A stretch of DNA of 64,000 bases from the NCBI GenBank assembly GCA_036012755.1, contig DASCPX010000198.1, forward strand, positions 29,349 to 93,348, written 5' to 3'. The notes beneath the pieces are model-generated. The model had not been told where the DNA came from. It worked only from the letters and a program-made list of their open reading frames with translations, and made no database searches. The DNA is from Myxococcota bacterium. Lineage in GTDB: Bacteria; Myxococcota_A; UBA796; CAJQPC01. Below, one piece after another: positions 1 through 9,893 of the stretch (the stretch's first letter is position 1; each line of letters opens with the position of its first letter). Made by a program: the position numbers and the translations under genes.

Positions 1-759
1 CACGAAGGCCAGCTTCACGCGCTCCGTGACGTCACTGGCGAAGGCCTTCTCGTAGCGGGCGTCGAAGACATAGGCCTTCACACGGATGGCCGTCACGAAG
101 CGCTCGCCCAGGAACTGGTCTGACACCAACGTCACCAGGGGCTTGTCGAGGAAGACATAGCGAGAGGTCGCGGTGGCCTCTTCCACCAGCGCGCGGGCCA
201 GGGCGAAGTCCTCTGCGGCGCCGATGTAGAAGTCGATGACGACCATGCAGTCGAGGTCCCCGGCGTTGGCGCTGGCGCTGGCCTCTGACAGGAACTTGCT
301 GTTGGGGATGGTCACGAGGTTGTCGTCGAGGGTGACCATGCGCACCGAGCGCAGGCCGATCTCCGTGATCTCCCCGTAGTACTCGCCGAAGCGGACCCGG
401 TCGCCGACCTGGAAGGGCTCGTCGATGAGCAGGATGACCCCGGCCATCAAGGAGGCGAGCAGGTCCTTGAAGGCGAAGCCGACCGCCAGTCCGATCGTGC
501 CGAGGACGGCGAAGAGCGCCTCGGACTCCAGGACCAGGACGCTGGAAGCGGTGATGGCGAAGGTGCCGACGTAGATGAGGAAGCGCGACAGCGCCGAGAC
601 CTTCTTGAGGGCCAGGCGTCGACCCGGCAGGCGCTCGCCGAGGTCGTCGAGGAAGCCGCTGAGCAACCTCGCGCCGACCAGTCCGGCGACCAGCACCAAC
701 AGGGCGACCGGGAGGTGCTCCAGATCGATGAACTGTAGGAGATCCTGTGGGTTTTCCAC
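1..759 (-). CDS. mscS: Small-conductance mechanosensitive channel (MscS family), runs off window start
   Basis: Manual translation from GTG at 759: VENPQDLLQFIDL...GLAVGFAFKDLLASLMAGVILLIDEPFQVGDRVRFGEYYGEITEIGLRSVRMVTLDDNLVTIPNS, the MscS TM3/beta-domain signature. Starts 1 nt after the upstream stop. Confidence 0.92.
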   Translation of the reverse strand, partial: MENPQDLLQFIDLEHLPVALLVLVAGLVGARLLSGFLDDLGERLPGRRLALKKVSALSRFLIYVGTFAITASSVLVLESEALFAVLGTIGLAVGFAFKDLLASLMAGVILLIDEPFQVGDRVRFGEYYGEITEIGLRSVRMVTLDDNLVTIPNSKFLSEASASANAGDLDCMVVIDFYIGAAEDFALARALVEEATATSRYVFLDKPLVTLVSDQFLGERFVTAIRVKAYVFDARYEKAFASDVTERVKLAFV

Positions 760-760
760 G

Positions 761-3700
761 TCAGCGCCACTCCAACAGGTTCTTGTGGACCAGCGTGCGG
801 GTCACGCACGGGAGCTGGCGCAGCGGGACCTCCCAGTTCTCGAGGTGGCCTCGGGCCACGAGGCCCTTCGCGGCCAGCACCTGCAGGGAGGAGCGGACCG
901 CCGCAGCCGAGACGTTGTTGACCTTCGCCAGCTCCGGCTCGCTGAGGGCCTCTTGCATCCTGAGCGCCGCCAGCGTGAACAGCTCGGGTTCGGCCAGATC
1001 GTCGGCCCGTGTCTCCTGCACCGCGGCTCCCAGCCGCACCTGGAGGGTCTTGTCCGTCGTTGGGGACAGGGACTCGCTCCAGAGCTGGAGTGCCACCGCC
1101 GGGTTGCCGTAGCTGGCCTCGCCGAGCACCCGGTAGAAGGCCCGCGTCGCGCGCTCGAGCTCCCCCTCGACGTCACCGGAGAGCGCCCCGCGACGGACCA
1201 GCCCACCGAAGTCGAGCTCGTATCCAGCTGCATCGGTGCGGTCCTGGGTGAGCTTCTGGAGCGCGGACTCTTCCAGCGGCGGGAGCTCCACGATGTCTCG
1301 GATGAGGTGGATCTTGAGCAGGCGGTCCAGTCGGGAGAGGTAGGCCCACGAGGGCTTGTGGAAGCAGGCCAGCCAGAAGTGCCTGGAGCTCTCTCCGATC
1401 ACGTCGAGCAGCGCGCGCATCGCCTCGAAGCCCCCGACGGTGCGGAGGAAGGCGTAGTGGCATCGGTCGATGACGATGACCGTCGGCGGCCGCTTGGCGA
1501 GCCTCTCGCAGACCCCCGCCACGTCCTTGCTCGGCTCCAGTCCGAGGCTGCGAGAGAGCCACAGGCAGAGCGGCTCCTCGCCCGTGACGCGGTGGTCGAG
1601 TGACAGGCGCGCGATGCCGTAGCCCTTGTCCGCGAGCTTCTGCGTCTTGAGGTCCAGCCAGGTCCGCCGGCCTCCTCCGCGGTCGGTCACCAGCGCCATG
1701 ACCCCGGTCTCCCCGTGGTCCTTCCAGCGGAGGACTGCCGCCCAGAAGGTCTCGTCAGTCTCTGGGTGATCGATGATCCAGTCGGCCTCGACGGTGCCGG
1801 TCTCGATGGCCGCCGCGACGTCCTTTGGCAGTGGCCGGTGCTCGACGGACTCCTCCTCCTCGCTGAGGCGGTAGCGGTAGAAGATGTTCAAGAGCCGCCC
1901 CAGGGCCGAGCGCTCCGAGACCTGGGACTGGGCGAAGCGCCACGTGGCGCCGACACCCAGGAGCATCGTCGCCACCAGGGCCCGCAGCCAGCGCGTCGCC
2001 GCCGAGGGCTCGCTCATCAGCCAGGCCGCCAGCGGGTTGTCGGCTCCCTGGCGACCGATGCGGGCCCGCAGCTCGGGCTCCCAGAGGTGCAGCAGGCGGA
2101 CGATGAGCACCACCAGCACGACCGCGAGGCCGCGCATCGTCAACTCGTGCAAAGCGTCGGCGCCGACGAGGTCCAGCCAGACATGGTCGAGGAACTGGCG
2201 AGCGACCACCCAGAAGACCAGCCAGCGGACCGTCTTCTCGCCCAGGGCATAGACGCCCGGCGTCACGAAGAACAGCGCCGGGCGGCTCTCTGCGAAGCGG
2301 GCGACCAGCAGCGCGTAGGCCCCGCTCAAGAGGCGATAGGCCGCGACCTGCCCGTAGACGAGCAACACGATGCCGGCCTCTGGGAAGAGCTCCATGGCCG
2401 GCTCGAAGAGCAGCCAGACGCCAAGGACATCCAGCGCCGCGCGGACCTCTGGCGTCGCGGGGTGGACCAGCTTGTCGAGCTGCTCGCGGCGACGGCGGCT
2501 CTCCCGACCCGTACCGGCCCAGCGCCGGACGACGGCGCGAACGAGGAGCTCGGCTCGACTCCTCAGCGCCCACCAGAGCAGCCCGACGAGGCCCAGGCCG
2601 ACCACCCCGCGCATCAAGGCCATCGCTGCTCCGACAGAGGGCCAGACGAGCAGCTCGGCCAGGCGGTGCTTGCCCAGGGTCCACACGTTCGGCGCCAGCA
2701 GGCGGGTCTCCGTGAGGGCCTCTTCGATGACCTCTTCCTCGGCCAGCCAGATGGCCCGAGGCACGTCGGACTTGAGCTCACGGCGAAGCTGCTTCGCCTC
2801 CGACAACAGCGCCAGGATCGCGGCGTCGTGTGCCTCCGCGCCGGCCACCCGGCGGTCCATGTCCTGACGCTCGGCCAGGAGTGTCTGCTCGCGTCGGTCC
2901 AGGGCCTCGACCACCCCCTCGTCGGTGACGCCCTCCGTGCGCGCGCTGTCCGCGGCGAGCAGGGCCTCGCTTGCCGAGATCTCCGCTCGGCGCTCCCGAG
3001 CCCAGTCGTCGACCTTCAGCGATGGGCGGGCGAAGGCGGCGTCGCGCAGCTCGAGGACGAGGTCCCGCGTCTGACGCCATGCGTCGATGGCGTCGCTCTC
3101 TCGCGAGGCATCCAGCGACGGCCTGGTCGCGAGGTCCGCCCGGATCGCCTGCAGGTCCGCCAGGCGGCGGCGATAGGAGCTCTCCTTGTCCGCGAAGACG
3201 AGCCCCTCGGCGTCGACCTCGCCCCGGATTCGTGTGGCTCTCGTGACCTCTTCGTAGGTGGCCTCTACGACCTCGGCGATGGCGGTGTTGTGACCCCCTT
3301 CGGCGGCGACGGCGGCCGCGCGCGCTGCCTCCACCTCGAGGTCGACGGTGACGCCGTCCTCGAGACGGGCGAGCTCCACCGCCACCTCTTCCCGGAGCTC
3401 TCCGAGCTCTGCCACCGAGCGCTCCAGCCAGGCGAGCTCGGCCTCCCAGTGCGCCACCTCGAGGCGATGCTCGAGTGCGGCAAGCTCGCTGTCGATCGAG
3501 TCCAGGTCCCGCGCCACTGCAGGTGGCTCGACCGATGCCAACCACGGCTCGAGCGCCTCGTCGATCTGCGAGCTGTCATCTACCAGATCGCGTATGAGGA
3601 GCAGGCGCTCCGCGGCGTGGGCGGCGACCTCCGGATCCTGAAGCCGCTCCAGGTCCCGCTCCGCCGACAGGGTCGCCGACGGGACCGCGGCGGCCGCCAC

Positions 3701-4249
3701 GATCTCCCTCAGGGTCTCCCGCAGGTAGCGGCGCTCTTCGTCGATCGCGGCGATGGCGAGGCCGTCTTCCGGGTCTGCCTCGGCGCGGGCCTCGTCGTAC
3801 TCGGCCACCAGCGGGGCGAGGTGGTCGGCGCTCAGCCTCGGGTTGTCCTCGAGCATCGATCGGATCGACAGGAGGAAGCGGCGCTCCAGGGCATCGGCGC
3901 CGTCCTCTGCGGACAGGGCCGCCTCACGGGTCGTCTCGAGCCGCTCGTCGTCGAGGGACTCCACGCGCTCGGCGGCGCGTCGGGCGCCCTCTGCGTCGAG
4001 CCTCGCGAGCTGCCCGGCCACCCAGCGCGCGTCGGGCATCGGCCCTCGGTCGGCCAGGTGGGGGAAGGCGCGATCGAGGTCGACCTCACCCCGGAAGGCG
4101 GCGCTCGCGGCCTCGAAGCGGGCGTCTGCTGCTTGCTTGCGCGCGCTCAGCGCAGGCAGATCCACCTGCTCGACGAGGCCGGCTCGGGCCTCGTCAGTGG
4201 GGGGCTCCGCGCGTCCCGGGAGCGTGGTCAGCAGCAGTCCGAGCAGCAT
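761..4249 (-). CDS. Large exported/membrane protein: coiled coils, several TM helices, C-terminal degenerate P-loop/AAA-like domain
   Basis: Likely start ATG 4249 (MLLGLLLTTLPGRAE). Long E/A/L/R-rich heptad region, hydrophobic middle, then ALVTDRGGGRRT (Walker A-like, no Lys) and VIVIDRCH (Walker B-like). Confidence 0.7.
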   Translation of the reverse strand: MLLGLLLTTLPGRAEPPTDEARAGLVEQVDLPALSARKQAADARFEAASAAFRGEVDLDRAFPHLADRGPMPDARWVAGQLARLDAEGARRAAERVESLDDERLETTREAALSAEDGADALERRFLLSIRSMLEDNPRLSADHLAPLVAEYDEARAEADPEDGLAIAAIDEERRYLRETLREIVAAAAVPSATLSAERDLERLQDPEVAAHAAERLLLIRDLVDDSSQIDEALEPWLASVEPPAVARDLDSIDSELAALEHRLEVAHWEAELAWLERSVAELGELREEVAVELARLEDGVTVDLEVEAARAAAVAAEGGHNTAIAEVVEATYEEVTRATRIRGEVDAEGLVFADKESSYRRRLADLQAIRADLATRPSLDASRESDAIDAWRQTRDLVLELRDAAFARPSLKVDDWARERRAEISASEALLAADSARTEGVTDEGVVEALDRREQTLLAERQDMDRRVAGAEAHDAAILALLSEAKQLRRELKSDVPRAIWLAEEEVIEEALTETRLLAPNVWTLGKHRLAELLVWPSVGAAMALMRGVVGLGLVGLLWWALRSRAELLVRAVVRRWAGTGRESRRRREQLDKLVHPATPEVRAALDVLGVWLLFEPAMELFPEAGIVLLVYGQVAAYRLLSGAYALLVARFAESRPALFFVTPGVYALGEKTVRWLVFWVVARQFLDHVWLDLVGADALHELTMRGLAVVLVVLIVRLLHLWEPELRARIGRQGADNPLAAWLMSEPSAATRWLRALVATMLLGVGATWRFAQSQVSERSALGRLLNIFYRYRLSEEEESVEHRPLPKDVAAAIETGTVEADWIIDHPETDETFWAAVLRWKDHGETGVMALVTDRGGGRRTWLDLKTQKLADKGYGIARLSLDHRVTGEEPLCLWLSRSLGLEPSKDVAGVCERLAKRPPTVIVIDRCHYAFLRTVGGFEAMRALLDVIGESSRHFWLACFHKPSWAYLSRLDRLLKIHLIRDIVELPPLEESALQKLTQDRTDAAGYELDFGGLVRRGALSGDVEGELERATRAFYRVLGEASYGNPAVALQLWSESLSPTTDKTLQVRLGAAVQETRADDLAEPELFTLAALRMQEALSEPELAKVNNVSAAAVRSSLQVLAAKGLVARGHLENWEVPLRQLPCVTRTLVHKNLLEWR

Positions 4250-4285
4250 GGGACGCCCGAGTCTACCGCGCGTTACTGCTTTGGG

Positions 4286-5132
4286 ATGAAGGAGGCGATG
4301 GTCGTCATCAAGGAGCTCCTGGTCAGGGAGCTCCTGCAGATCGGCGATTCTCCGCTCACGCTCGGGACGCTGGCACTCACCGTGCTCATCGTGGTGATCA
4401 CCTTCTTCGTGTCCCGGTGGATTCGGGCTGGGAGCAAGCGCGCCTTCAACAATGCGCGGCGTCCACGACGAGGGGACCATCGGTGTCACGAACCGGCTGC
4501 TCCACTACGTCGTGCTGCTCGTCGGCTTCTCGATCGCGCTCGAGACCGCCGGAATCCGCCTCTCGGGCCTCTTCGCCGCCGGCGCCGTCTTCGCCGTCGG
4601 GCTCGGCTTCGCGATGCAGACCATCGTCCAGAACTTCGTGTCTGGAGTCATCCTGCTCATCGAGCGCTCCATCCGTCCCGGCGACGTGCTGCAGATCGAG
4701 GACGACATCGTCAAGGTCCGCCGCATGTACATCCGGAGCACCGTGGTCGAGACCCTCGACGACCTCGACATCATCGTGCCGAACTCGGACCTCGTGCAGA
4801 GCCGCGTCCGCAACCTGACCTACCTGGACAAGCGCTACCGGGTTCGCGCGACGGTCGGTGCGCACTACCGGAGCGACATGGAGCAGGTCCGCGCGGTGGT
4901 CGAGCAGGCCGGCGCAGCGGTCCCCGGGCGACTGGACGACACCCCACCGCTGGTGCTGCTGCTGGACTTCGGCGACTCCAGCGTGGACTGGGAGGTCAGC
5001 GTCTGGACTGACGATCCCTGGCGCCAGCGCCACTTGCGCTCGGCGCTCAACGAGCAGATCTGGACGAGCTTGAAGGCTGCGAACATCACCATCGCCTTCC
5101 CCCAGCTCGACGTGCACGTGGTCACCGGCTGA
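4286..5132 (+). pseudogene. mscS: Second MscS-family channel, +1 frameshift near 4450
   Basis: N-terminal TM1 (MKEAMVVIKELL...SKRAFN) is in a different frame from MRGVHDEG...VGLGFAMQTIVQNFVSGVILLIERSIRPGD...IAFPQLDVH. Removing one A from ttcaacaatgcgc joins them. Could be a sequencing error. Confidence 0.8.
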
Positions 5133-5167
5133 GGTCTGGCTCGGGGTTTCTGCGCTACCGTAGCGCC

Positions 5168-5845
5168 ATGTTCCTGAAGGTCGATCGCGACGGGCCGGTC
5201 ACCACAATCCTGCTCGATCGGCCTCGGAAGGCGCACGCCTACCACCCCGCCATGCTCGACGAGCTGGAAGCGGCGGTCGCTGGGTTGGAGACACCGGTCG
5301 TGGTCGTCGGCTCGACCGGTGAGGGCGCCTTCTGCGGTGGCGCCGATCTCGACGCCCTGACCCTGGCGGATCCGCTGTCCCCGCTGGACCTCCAGTCCCA
5401 GCGCGTCTTCGATCGCCTCGCCCGAAGCCCGGCGATCAGCATCGGCGTCGTGCAGGGCGCGGCCATCGCCGGTGGCTGCGAGCTGGCCCTGGCCTGCGAC
5501 GTTCGCGTCGTAGGACCGCGCGCTCGCTTCGCCTTGCCCGAGACCTCGCTGGGCATCATCCCGACCGCCGGGGGCTGTACGCGCTTGCCTCGGCTGGTGG
5601 GCATGGCCCGGGCAAAGCAGATGATCCTGCTCGGCTACAGCATCGACGCCCAGACCGCCGTCGACTGGGGCCTGGCCATCGAGCTGGTCGACGACCCCCT
5701 CGCCCGCGCCCAGACCATCGCCGCCGCCGCCGCTCAGCGGGACCCGGTGGCCTCCCGTCTCGCCAAGCAGGTCCTCGACGGCGTCGACGGCCTTGGAGCG
5801 GAGCGCATCGCCGAGGCCCTGCTGTACCACCGCAAGCAGGGATAG
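5168..5845 (+). CDS. Enoyl-CoA hydratase/isomerase (crotonase) family
   Basis: AFCGGADL, AIAGGCELALACD, FALPETSLGIIP motifs. Confidence 0.92.
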   Translation: MFLKVDRDGPVTTILLDRPRKAHAYHPAMLDELEAAVAGLETPVVVVGSTGEGAFCGGADLDALTLADPLSPLDLQSQRVFDRLARSPAISIGVVQGAAIAGGCELALACDVRVVGPRARFALPETSLGIIPTAGGCTRLPRLVGMARAKQMILLGYSIDAQTAVDWGLAIELVDDPLARAQTIAAAAAQRDPVASRLAKQVLDGVDGLGAERIAEALLYHRKQG

Positions 5846-5852
5846 GGCGCCG

Positions 5853-6587
5853 TTGCCGCGCTCTTCCTTGCGCTTCGTGCTGCTCCAGGCTCGCAACCCG
5901 GGTGACCGCGTGCGCGAGGAGGAGCGAGCCCAGTTCGCGGCTCGGATGAAGGTCGACGTCGGGCAGATCGAGACGGTCTCGATGCTGGATGGCGAGTTCG
6001 ACGAGCGCTGCCTCTCTCGCTGCGACATGCTGCTGGTCGGCGGCTCTGGCGAGTACTCCGTGCTCGATGATCACGAGGGGATCTGGGGAGCCAAGGTCTT
6101 CCTCGCCGAGATCGCCAGGACGGGCTTCCCGACCTTCGCCAGCTGCTTTGGCTACCAGCTCATGGTCGACGGCCTCGGGGGGCGGGTCGAGCACGACGTG
6201 GACCACGCAGAGGTCGGCAGCTTCCACCTCCAGCTCACCGAAGAGGGCCTGGCAGACCCGGTGTTCTGCACCCTCGGCCAGACCTTCACCGCCCAGCTCG
6301 GACACAAGGACCGGGCGGTGATCCTGCCGGACGAGGTAGTCAACCTCGCCTCTTCGGCGATCTGCCCGTACCAGGCCCTGAGGGTGCCGGGCAAGCCGGT
6401 CTATGCGGCGCAGTTCCACCCGGAGCTGGCCTGGCTGGACAACCGCGGGCGCTTCGAGCGCTACATGGACGACTACGGCAAGGTCTTCGGCATGGTCGAG
6501 GCCGAGCGCATGCTGCGAGAGGAGTTCTTCCCGAGCGAGAAGGCATCGGCCCTGCTCGATACCTTCCTGAAGGTCTTCTTCGAGTGA
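5853..6587 (+). CDS. Type 1 glutamine amidotransferase-like protein
   Basis: FASCFGYQL nucleophile elbow and QFHPE His-Glu. Start (TTG 5853) uncertain. Confidence 0.88.
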   Translation: MPRSSLRFVLLQARNPGDRVREEERAQFAARMKVDVGQIETVSMLDGEFDERCLSRCDMLLVGGSGEYSVLDDHEGIWGAKVFLAEIARTGFPTFASCFGYQLMVDGLGGRVEHDVDHAEVGSFHLQLTEEGLADPVFCTLGQTFTAQLGHKDRAVILPDEVVNLASSAICPYQALRVPGKPVYAAQFHPELAWLDNRGRFERYMDDYGKVFGMVEAERMLREEFFPSEKASALLDTFLKVFFE

Positions 6588-8023
6588 GCGGTGGCTGTGT
6601 CGCGGCAGGCTCCCCTCTGACCGTCCAGGCGGGGCTCCTCGCCTTCGAAGCAGGGGGCAACGCCGTCGACGCGGCGGTCGCCGCGAAGCTCATGGCCTGC
6701 GTCGCGGAGCCGCTGTTGACCGGCCTGGGTGGCGCCGGGATCTCTACGGTCAAGATCGGTGGAGACCTGCACGTCGTCGACTTCTTCACGGCGATGCCGG
6801 GGCGGGGCCACTCGGGCGCGGTCCCGGCGATGGAGACCGTGACGCTGGACTTCGGCCCCACCACCCAGGACTTCCACGTCGGCGCCGCCAGCGTCGCGGT
6901 GCCCGGCCAGCCCTTTGGCTTGTGGGAACTCCACCAGCGCTTCGGGCGCATTCCCTTCTCGATCCTTGCCGAACCAGCGATCTGCGCCTGCGCCGACGGG
7001 GTCCCGGTCACCCCCGGCTTCGAAGAGGTCGGGGGGCTCCTGTGGCCCATCCAGCTGTTGTCTCCAGAGGCGCGCGCTCTCTTTGGACAGAACGGCGGCG
7101 ACCGCCCCCGGGCGGGCCAGAGCTTCTTCAACCCGGACCTCGGCCAGACCCTCCGCCTCTTCGCAACAGAGGGGCCTCGCGCCTTCCGGGACGGGGACCT
7201 CGGGACCGCCATCCTCCAGGCGCTGGGGGACGACACCTTGCTCACCCGCCGCGACCTGCTGGCCTACCAGGTGGCGGTCCGACCAGCCCACACGACAAAG
7301 CGGCATGGCTCACGGATCGGCGTGCCGGGGCTGCCGAGCCACGGCGGGCTCTCGGTCGCGGACGCTGTGGAGCTCCTCGATATGCGCCTCCCGGAGCCCT
7401 TCACCGCCGACCACGTCCGAGCGATGGCCCGAGCGATGGATAGGGCGACCGTCCCGATGGGAGCTGGCCACACGACACACGTCTCGGCGGTAGACGAGCG
7501 AGGAGACGCCTGCGCGATCACCTCTTCCTTGGGAGAGACGGCGGGTGTCGTCCCGCCCGGGACCGGGCTTCGCGTCAACAACTTCCTCGGCGAGGACGAC
7601 GTCAACCCGCGCCACCGGGACTTCATCCCCGGCGAGCGCATGGTCACGATGATGACGCCGACGGTCCTGGCTTCTGAGGACGCTGTCTGGGCCTTCGGCT
7701 CCGGAGGCTGCTCCCGCATCAGGAGCGCAGTGCTCCACGCGATCGTCCACCTGCTCGACCACGACCTGCCCCCGGAGCGGGCCGCCAACGGGCCGCGCTG
7801 CCACATGGAGGCCGGGTTGCTCCGGGTCGAGGTCTACGACCGCGCCGAGCCCGACTTCGCAGAGCAGTTCGCGGACGACATCCGCTTCGACGCCCCCAAC
7901 ATGTTCTTCGGCGGTGTCCACATCGCCGGTCGCCAGCGCGGCTCCTTCGAGGGCTCGGGAGATCGCCGCCGCAGCGGGGAGTTCGGGGCCACCGGACGCA
8001 AGGAGTCGGGCCCGGAGGGATAA
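6584..8023 (+). CDS. ggt: Gamma-glutamyltransferase family protein
   Basis: GGNAVDAAVAA, VAVPG, HTTHVSAVD (Thr nucleophile), GSGGCSRI, PRCH, GSGDRRR. Overlaps upstream stop (GTGA). Confidence 0.9.
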   Translation: MSGGCVAAGSPLTVQAGLLAFEAGGNAVDAAVAAKLMACVAEPLLTGLGGAGISTVKIGGDLHVVDFFTAMPGRGHSGAVPAMETVTLDFGPTTQDFHVGAASVAVPGQPFGLWELHQRFGRIPFSILAEPAICACADGVPVTPGFEEVGGLLWPIQLLSPEARALFGQNGGDRPRAGQSFFNPDLGQTLRLFATEGPRAFRDGDLGTAILQALGDDTLLTRRDLLAYQVAVRPAHTTKRHGSRIGVPGLPSHGGLSVADAVELLDMRLPEPFTADHVRAMARAMDRATVPMGAGHTTHVSAVDERGDACAITSSLGETAGVVPPGTGLRVNNFLGEDDVNPRHRDFIPGERMVTMMTPTVLASEDAVWAFGSGGCSRIRSAVLHAIVHLLDHDLPPERAANGPRCHMEAGLLRVEVYDRAEPDFAEQFADDIRFDAPNMFFGGVHIAGRQRGSFEGSGDRRRSGEFGATGRKESGPEG

Positions 8024-8032
8024 TCCCTGCGC

Positions 8033-9091
8033 ATGCTCGAGACGCGCCCGCGCCTGATCTCCGTCGGCACCGCCCATCCGCCCGACGGCTACTCCCAGGA
8101 AGACCTCGTCGCTCGCTACGACGTGCCCGACCCGCGCATCCGCAACCTCTTCCGCTCCGCCCACATCCGCAATCGCTACCTCTACCTGCCAGAGGCCAAC
8201 GAGCAGGGCATGCCAGAGGAGACCCAGGGCGCGCTCCTCGCCAAGCACCTGCGCGGGGCCATGGAGATCGGCCCGAAGGCGGTGAAGCGCTGCCTCGAGC
8301 CGATGGGACTCACGGTCCGGGACATCGACTACCTCCTCTGCATCACGACCACGGGCTTCCTCGCCCCTGGGCTCTCGGCCCACCTGATGAAGGAGATGGG
8401 CTTTCGCGAAGACTGCTCCCGCGCCGACATCGTCGGCATGGGCTGCAACGCCGGGCTCAACGGGCTCAACCCGGTCGCCTCCTGGGCCATCGCCAACCCG
8501 GGCCGAAACGCACTGATGGTTTGCATGGAGGTCTGCTCCGCGACCTACGTCTTCGACGGCACGATGCGCACCGCCATCGTGAACTCGCTCTTCGGCGACG
8601 GCTCGGCGGCCGTGCTCGTGCGTGTCGACCCCCGGGACGACTCTCGCTTCGCCGGCAGGGTCCTGGGCTTCAACTCACAGATCATCCCGCCTGCCATCGG
8701 TGCCATGCGCTACGACTGGGACGAGGAGCAGGGGAAGTTCAGCTTCTTCCTGGACCGCGACATCCCCTATGTCGTGGGGGCAAACGCGGAGAAGCCGGTT
8801 GACAGGCTCCTCGACGCCCACGGCTTGAAGAGGCGCGACATCAGCCACTGGATCGTGCATTCGGGCGGCAAGAAGGTCATCGACGCCATCAAGTACAACA
8901 TCGGCATCACCGAGTACGACGTGCGCCACACCACCTCGGTGCTGCGCGACTTCGGCAACATCAGCTCCGGCTCCTTCCTCTTCAGCTACCAGCGGCTGTT
9001 GAACGAGGGGCTCGTCCGCCGCGGCGACTACGGAGTGCTCATGACCATGGGCCCGGGCTCGACCATCGAGACCGCCCTGGTCCGCTGGTAG
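8033..9091 (+). CDS. dpgA: Type III PKS, 3,5-dihydroxyphenylacetyl-CoA synthase DpgA-like
   Basis: DIVGMGCNAGLNGL (Cys), VNSLFGDG, WIVHSGGKKVID (His), FGNISSGSFLFSY (Asn), MTMGPGSTIETAL. These match my recollection of DpgA. Confidence 0.88.
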   Translation: MLETRPRLISVGTAHPPDGYSQEDLVARYDVPDPRIRNLFRSAHIRNRYLYLPEANEQGMPEETQGALLAKHLRGAMEIGPKAVKRCLEPMGLTVRDIDYLLCITTTGFLAPGLSAHLMKEMGFREDCSRADIVGMGCNAGLNGLNPVASWAIANPGRNALMVCMEVCSATYVFDGTMRTAIVNSLFGDGSAAVLVRVDPRDDSRFAGRVLGFNSQIIPPAIGAMRYDWDEEQGKFSFFLDRDIPYVVGANAEKPVDRLLDAHGLKRRDISHWIVHSGGKKVIDAIKYNIGITEYDVRHTTSVLRDFGNISSGSFLFSYQRLLNEGLVRRGDYGVLMTMGPGSTIETALVRW

Positions 9092-9100
9092 GAGACGACA

Positions 9101-9841
9101 TTGGGCTACGAGACCCTGTCCTTCGACGAGTCCGACGGCATCGCCACGGTCACCCTCGCCAGAGGTGGCGGCAACCGCATCTCGATGCGCATGGTCCGGG
9201 AGCTGACCGCCGTCTGCAACCACCTCGAGGACGACAGCGACGCCCGGGTCGTCGCCTTCCGCGGCGCCAACGGCACCTTCTCAGAGGGCATGGACTTCGA
9301 GGACTTCGATCCCAAGGCGGTCCTCGACATCCACGGCTTCAACAAGTGGGAGAAGTGCTGCACCCGCCTGGAGCGCCTGCCAAAGGCCACCGTCGCCCTG
9401 GTCGACGGACCGGCTGTCGGCGGCGGCTTCCAGATCGCCTTGGCGTGCGACCTGCGCATCGCGACCTCGCGAGCGACCTTCCAGCTCCCCGAGACCCACC
9501 TCGGCTTCCTCCCCGGCATGGCCACCTTCCGGCTCGCCAAGTACGTCGGGCTCGGTCACGCCAAGCGCATCATGCTCACGGCCGAGGTCGTCGAGGCCAG
9601 CTCCGCAGCCAGCCTCGGCATCGTCGATCGCCTCGACGACGACCTCGACGCAGGCCTCGCCTGGGCGATCGAGGCCTTGGGCCCCAACCACAGCGTCGCA
9701 GTCGAGCTGACCCGCCGGCTGCTCAACGAGAGCTTCCACACCGCCTACGAGAACGCCATCGGCCACTTCCTCGCCGCACAGCACCGGGCGATCTCCCAGA
9801 CCGCCTTCCTCGACACGCTGAAGAAGCAGCGCGGAGACTGA
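9101..9841 (+). CDS. Crotonase-family protein (DpgB/DpgD-like position)
   Basis: VDGPAVGGGFQIALACDLRIA, FQLPETHLGFLPGMA. Has RBS ggag and lies directly after dpgA. Confidence 0.85.
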   Translation: MGYETLSFDESDGIATVTLARGGGNRISMRMVRELTAVCNHLEDDSDARVVAFRGANGTFSEGMDFEDFDPKAVLDIHGFNKWEKCCTRLERLPKATVALVDGPAVGGGFQIALACDLRIATSRATFQLPETHLGFLPGMATFRLAKYVGLGHAKRIMLTAEVVEASSAASLGIVDRLDDDLDAGLAWAIEALGPNHSVAVELTRRLLNESFHTAYENAIGHFLAAQHRAISQTAFLDTLKKQRGD

Positions 9842-9893
9842 GATTCCCAGGCCCTTCGAGGTCGATCCAGACGTCCTCGCCCGGATCCGGCCG

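Noticed and set aside
4441..4455. Programmed frameshift in mscS
   Set aside because: No slippery heptamer or obvious stimulator. A single-base insertion or error is simpler.
1715..5011. 1098-aa plus-strand ORF
   Set aside because: Antisense shadow of the 761-4249 gene. Only the segment from 4286 to about 4450 is real (mscS N-terminus).
8033..9841. Glycopeptide or NRPS biosynthetic cluster
   Set aside because: No NRPS, DpgC or Hpg transaminase in the window, and the halogenase is about 44 kb away in another operon.
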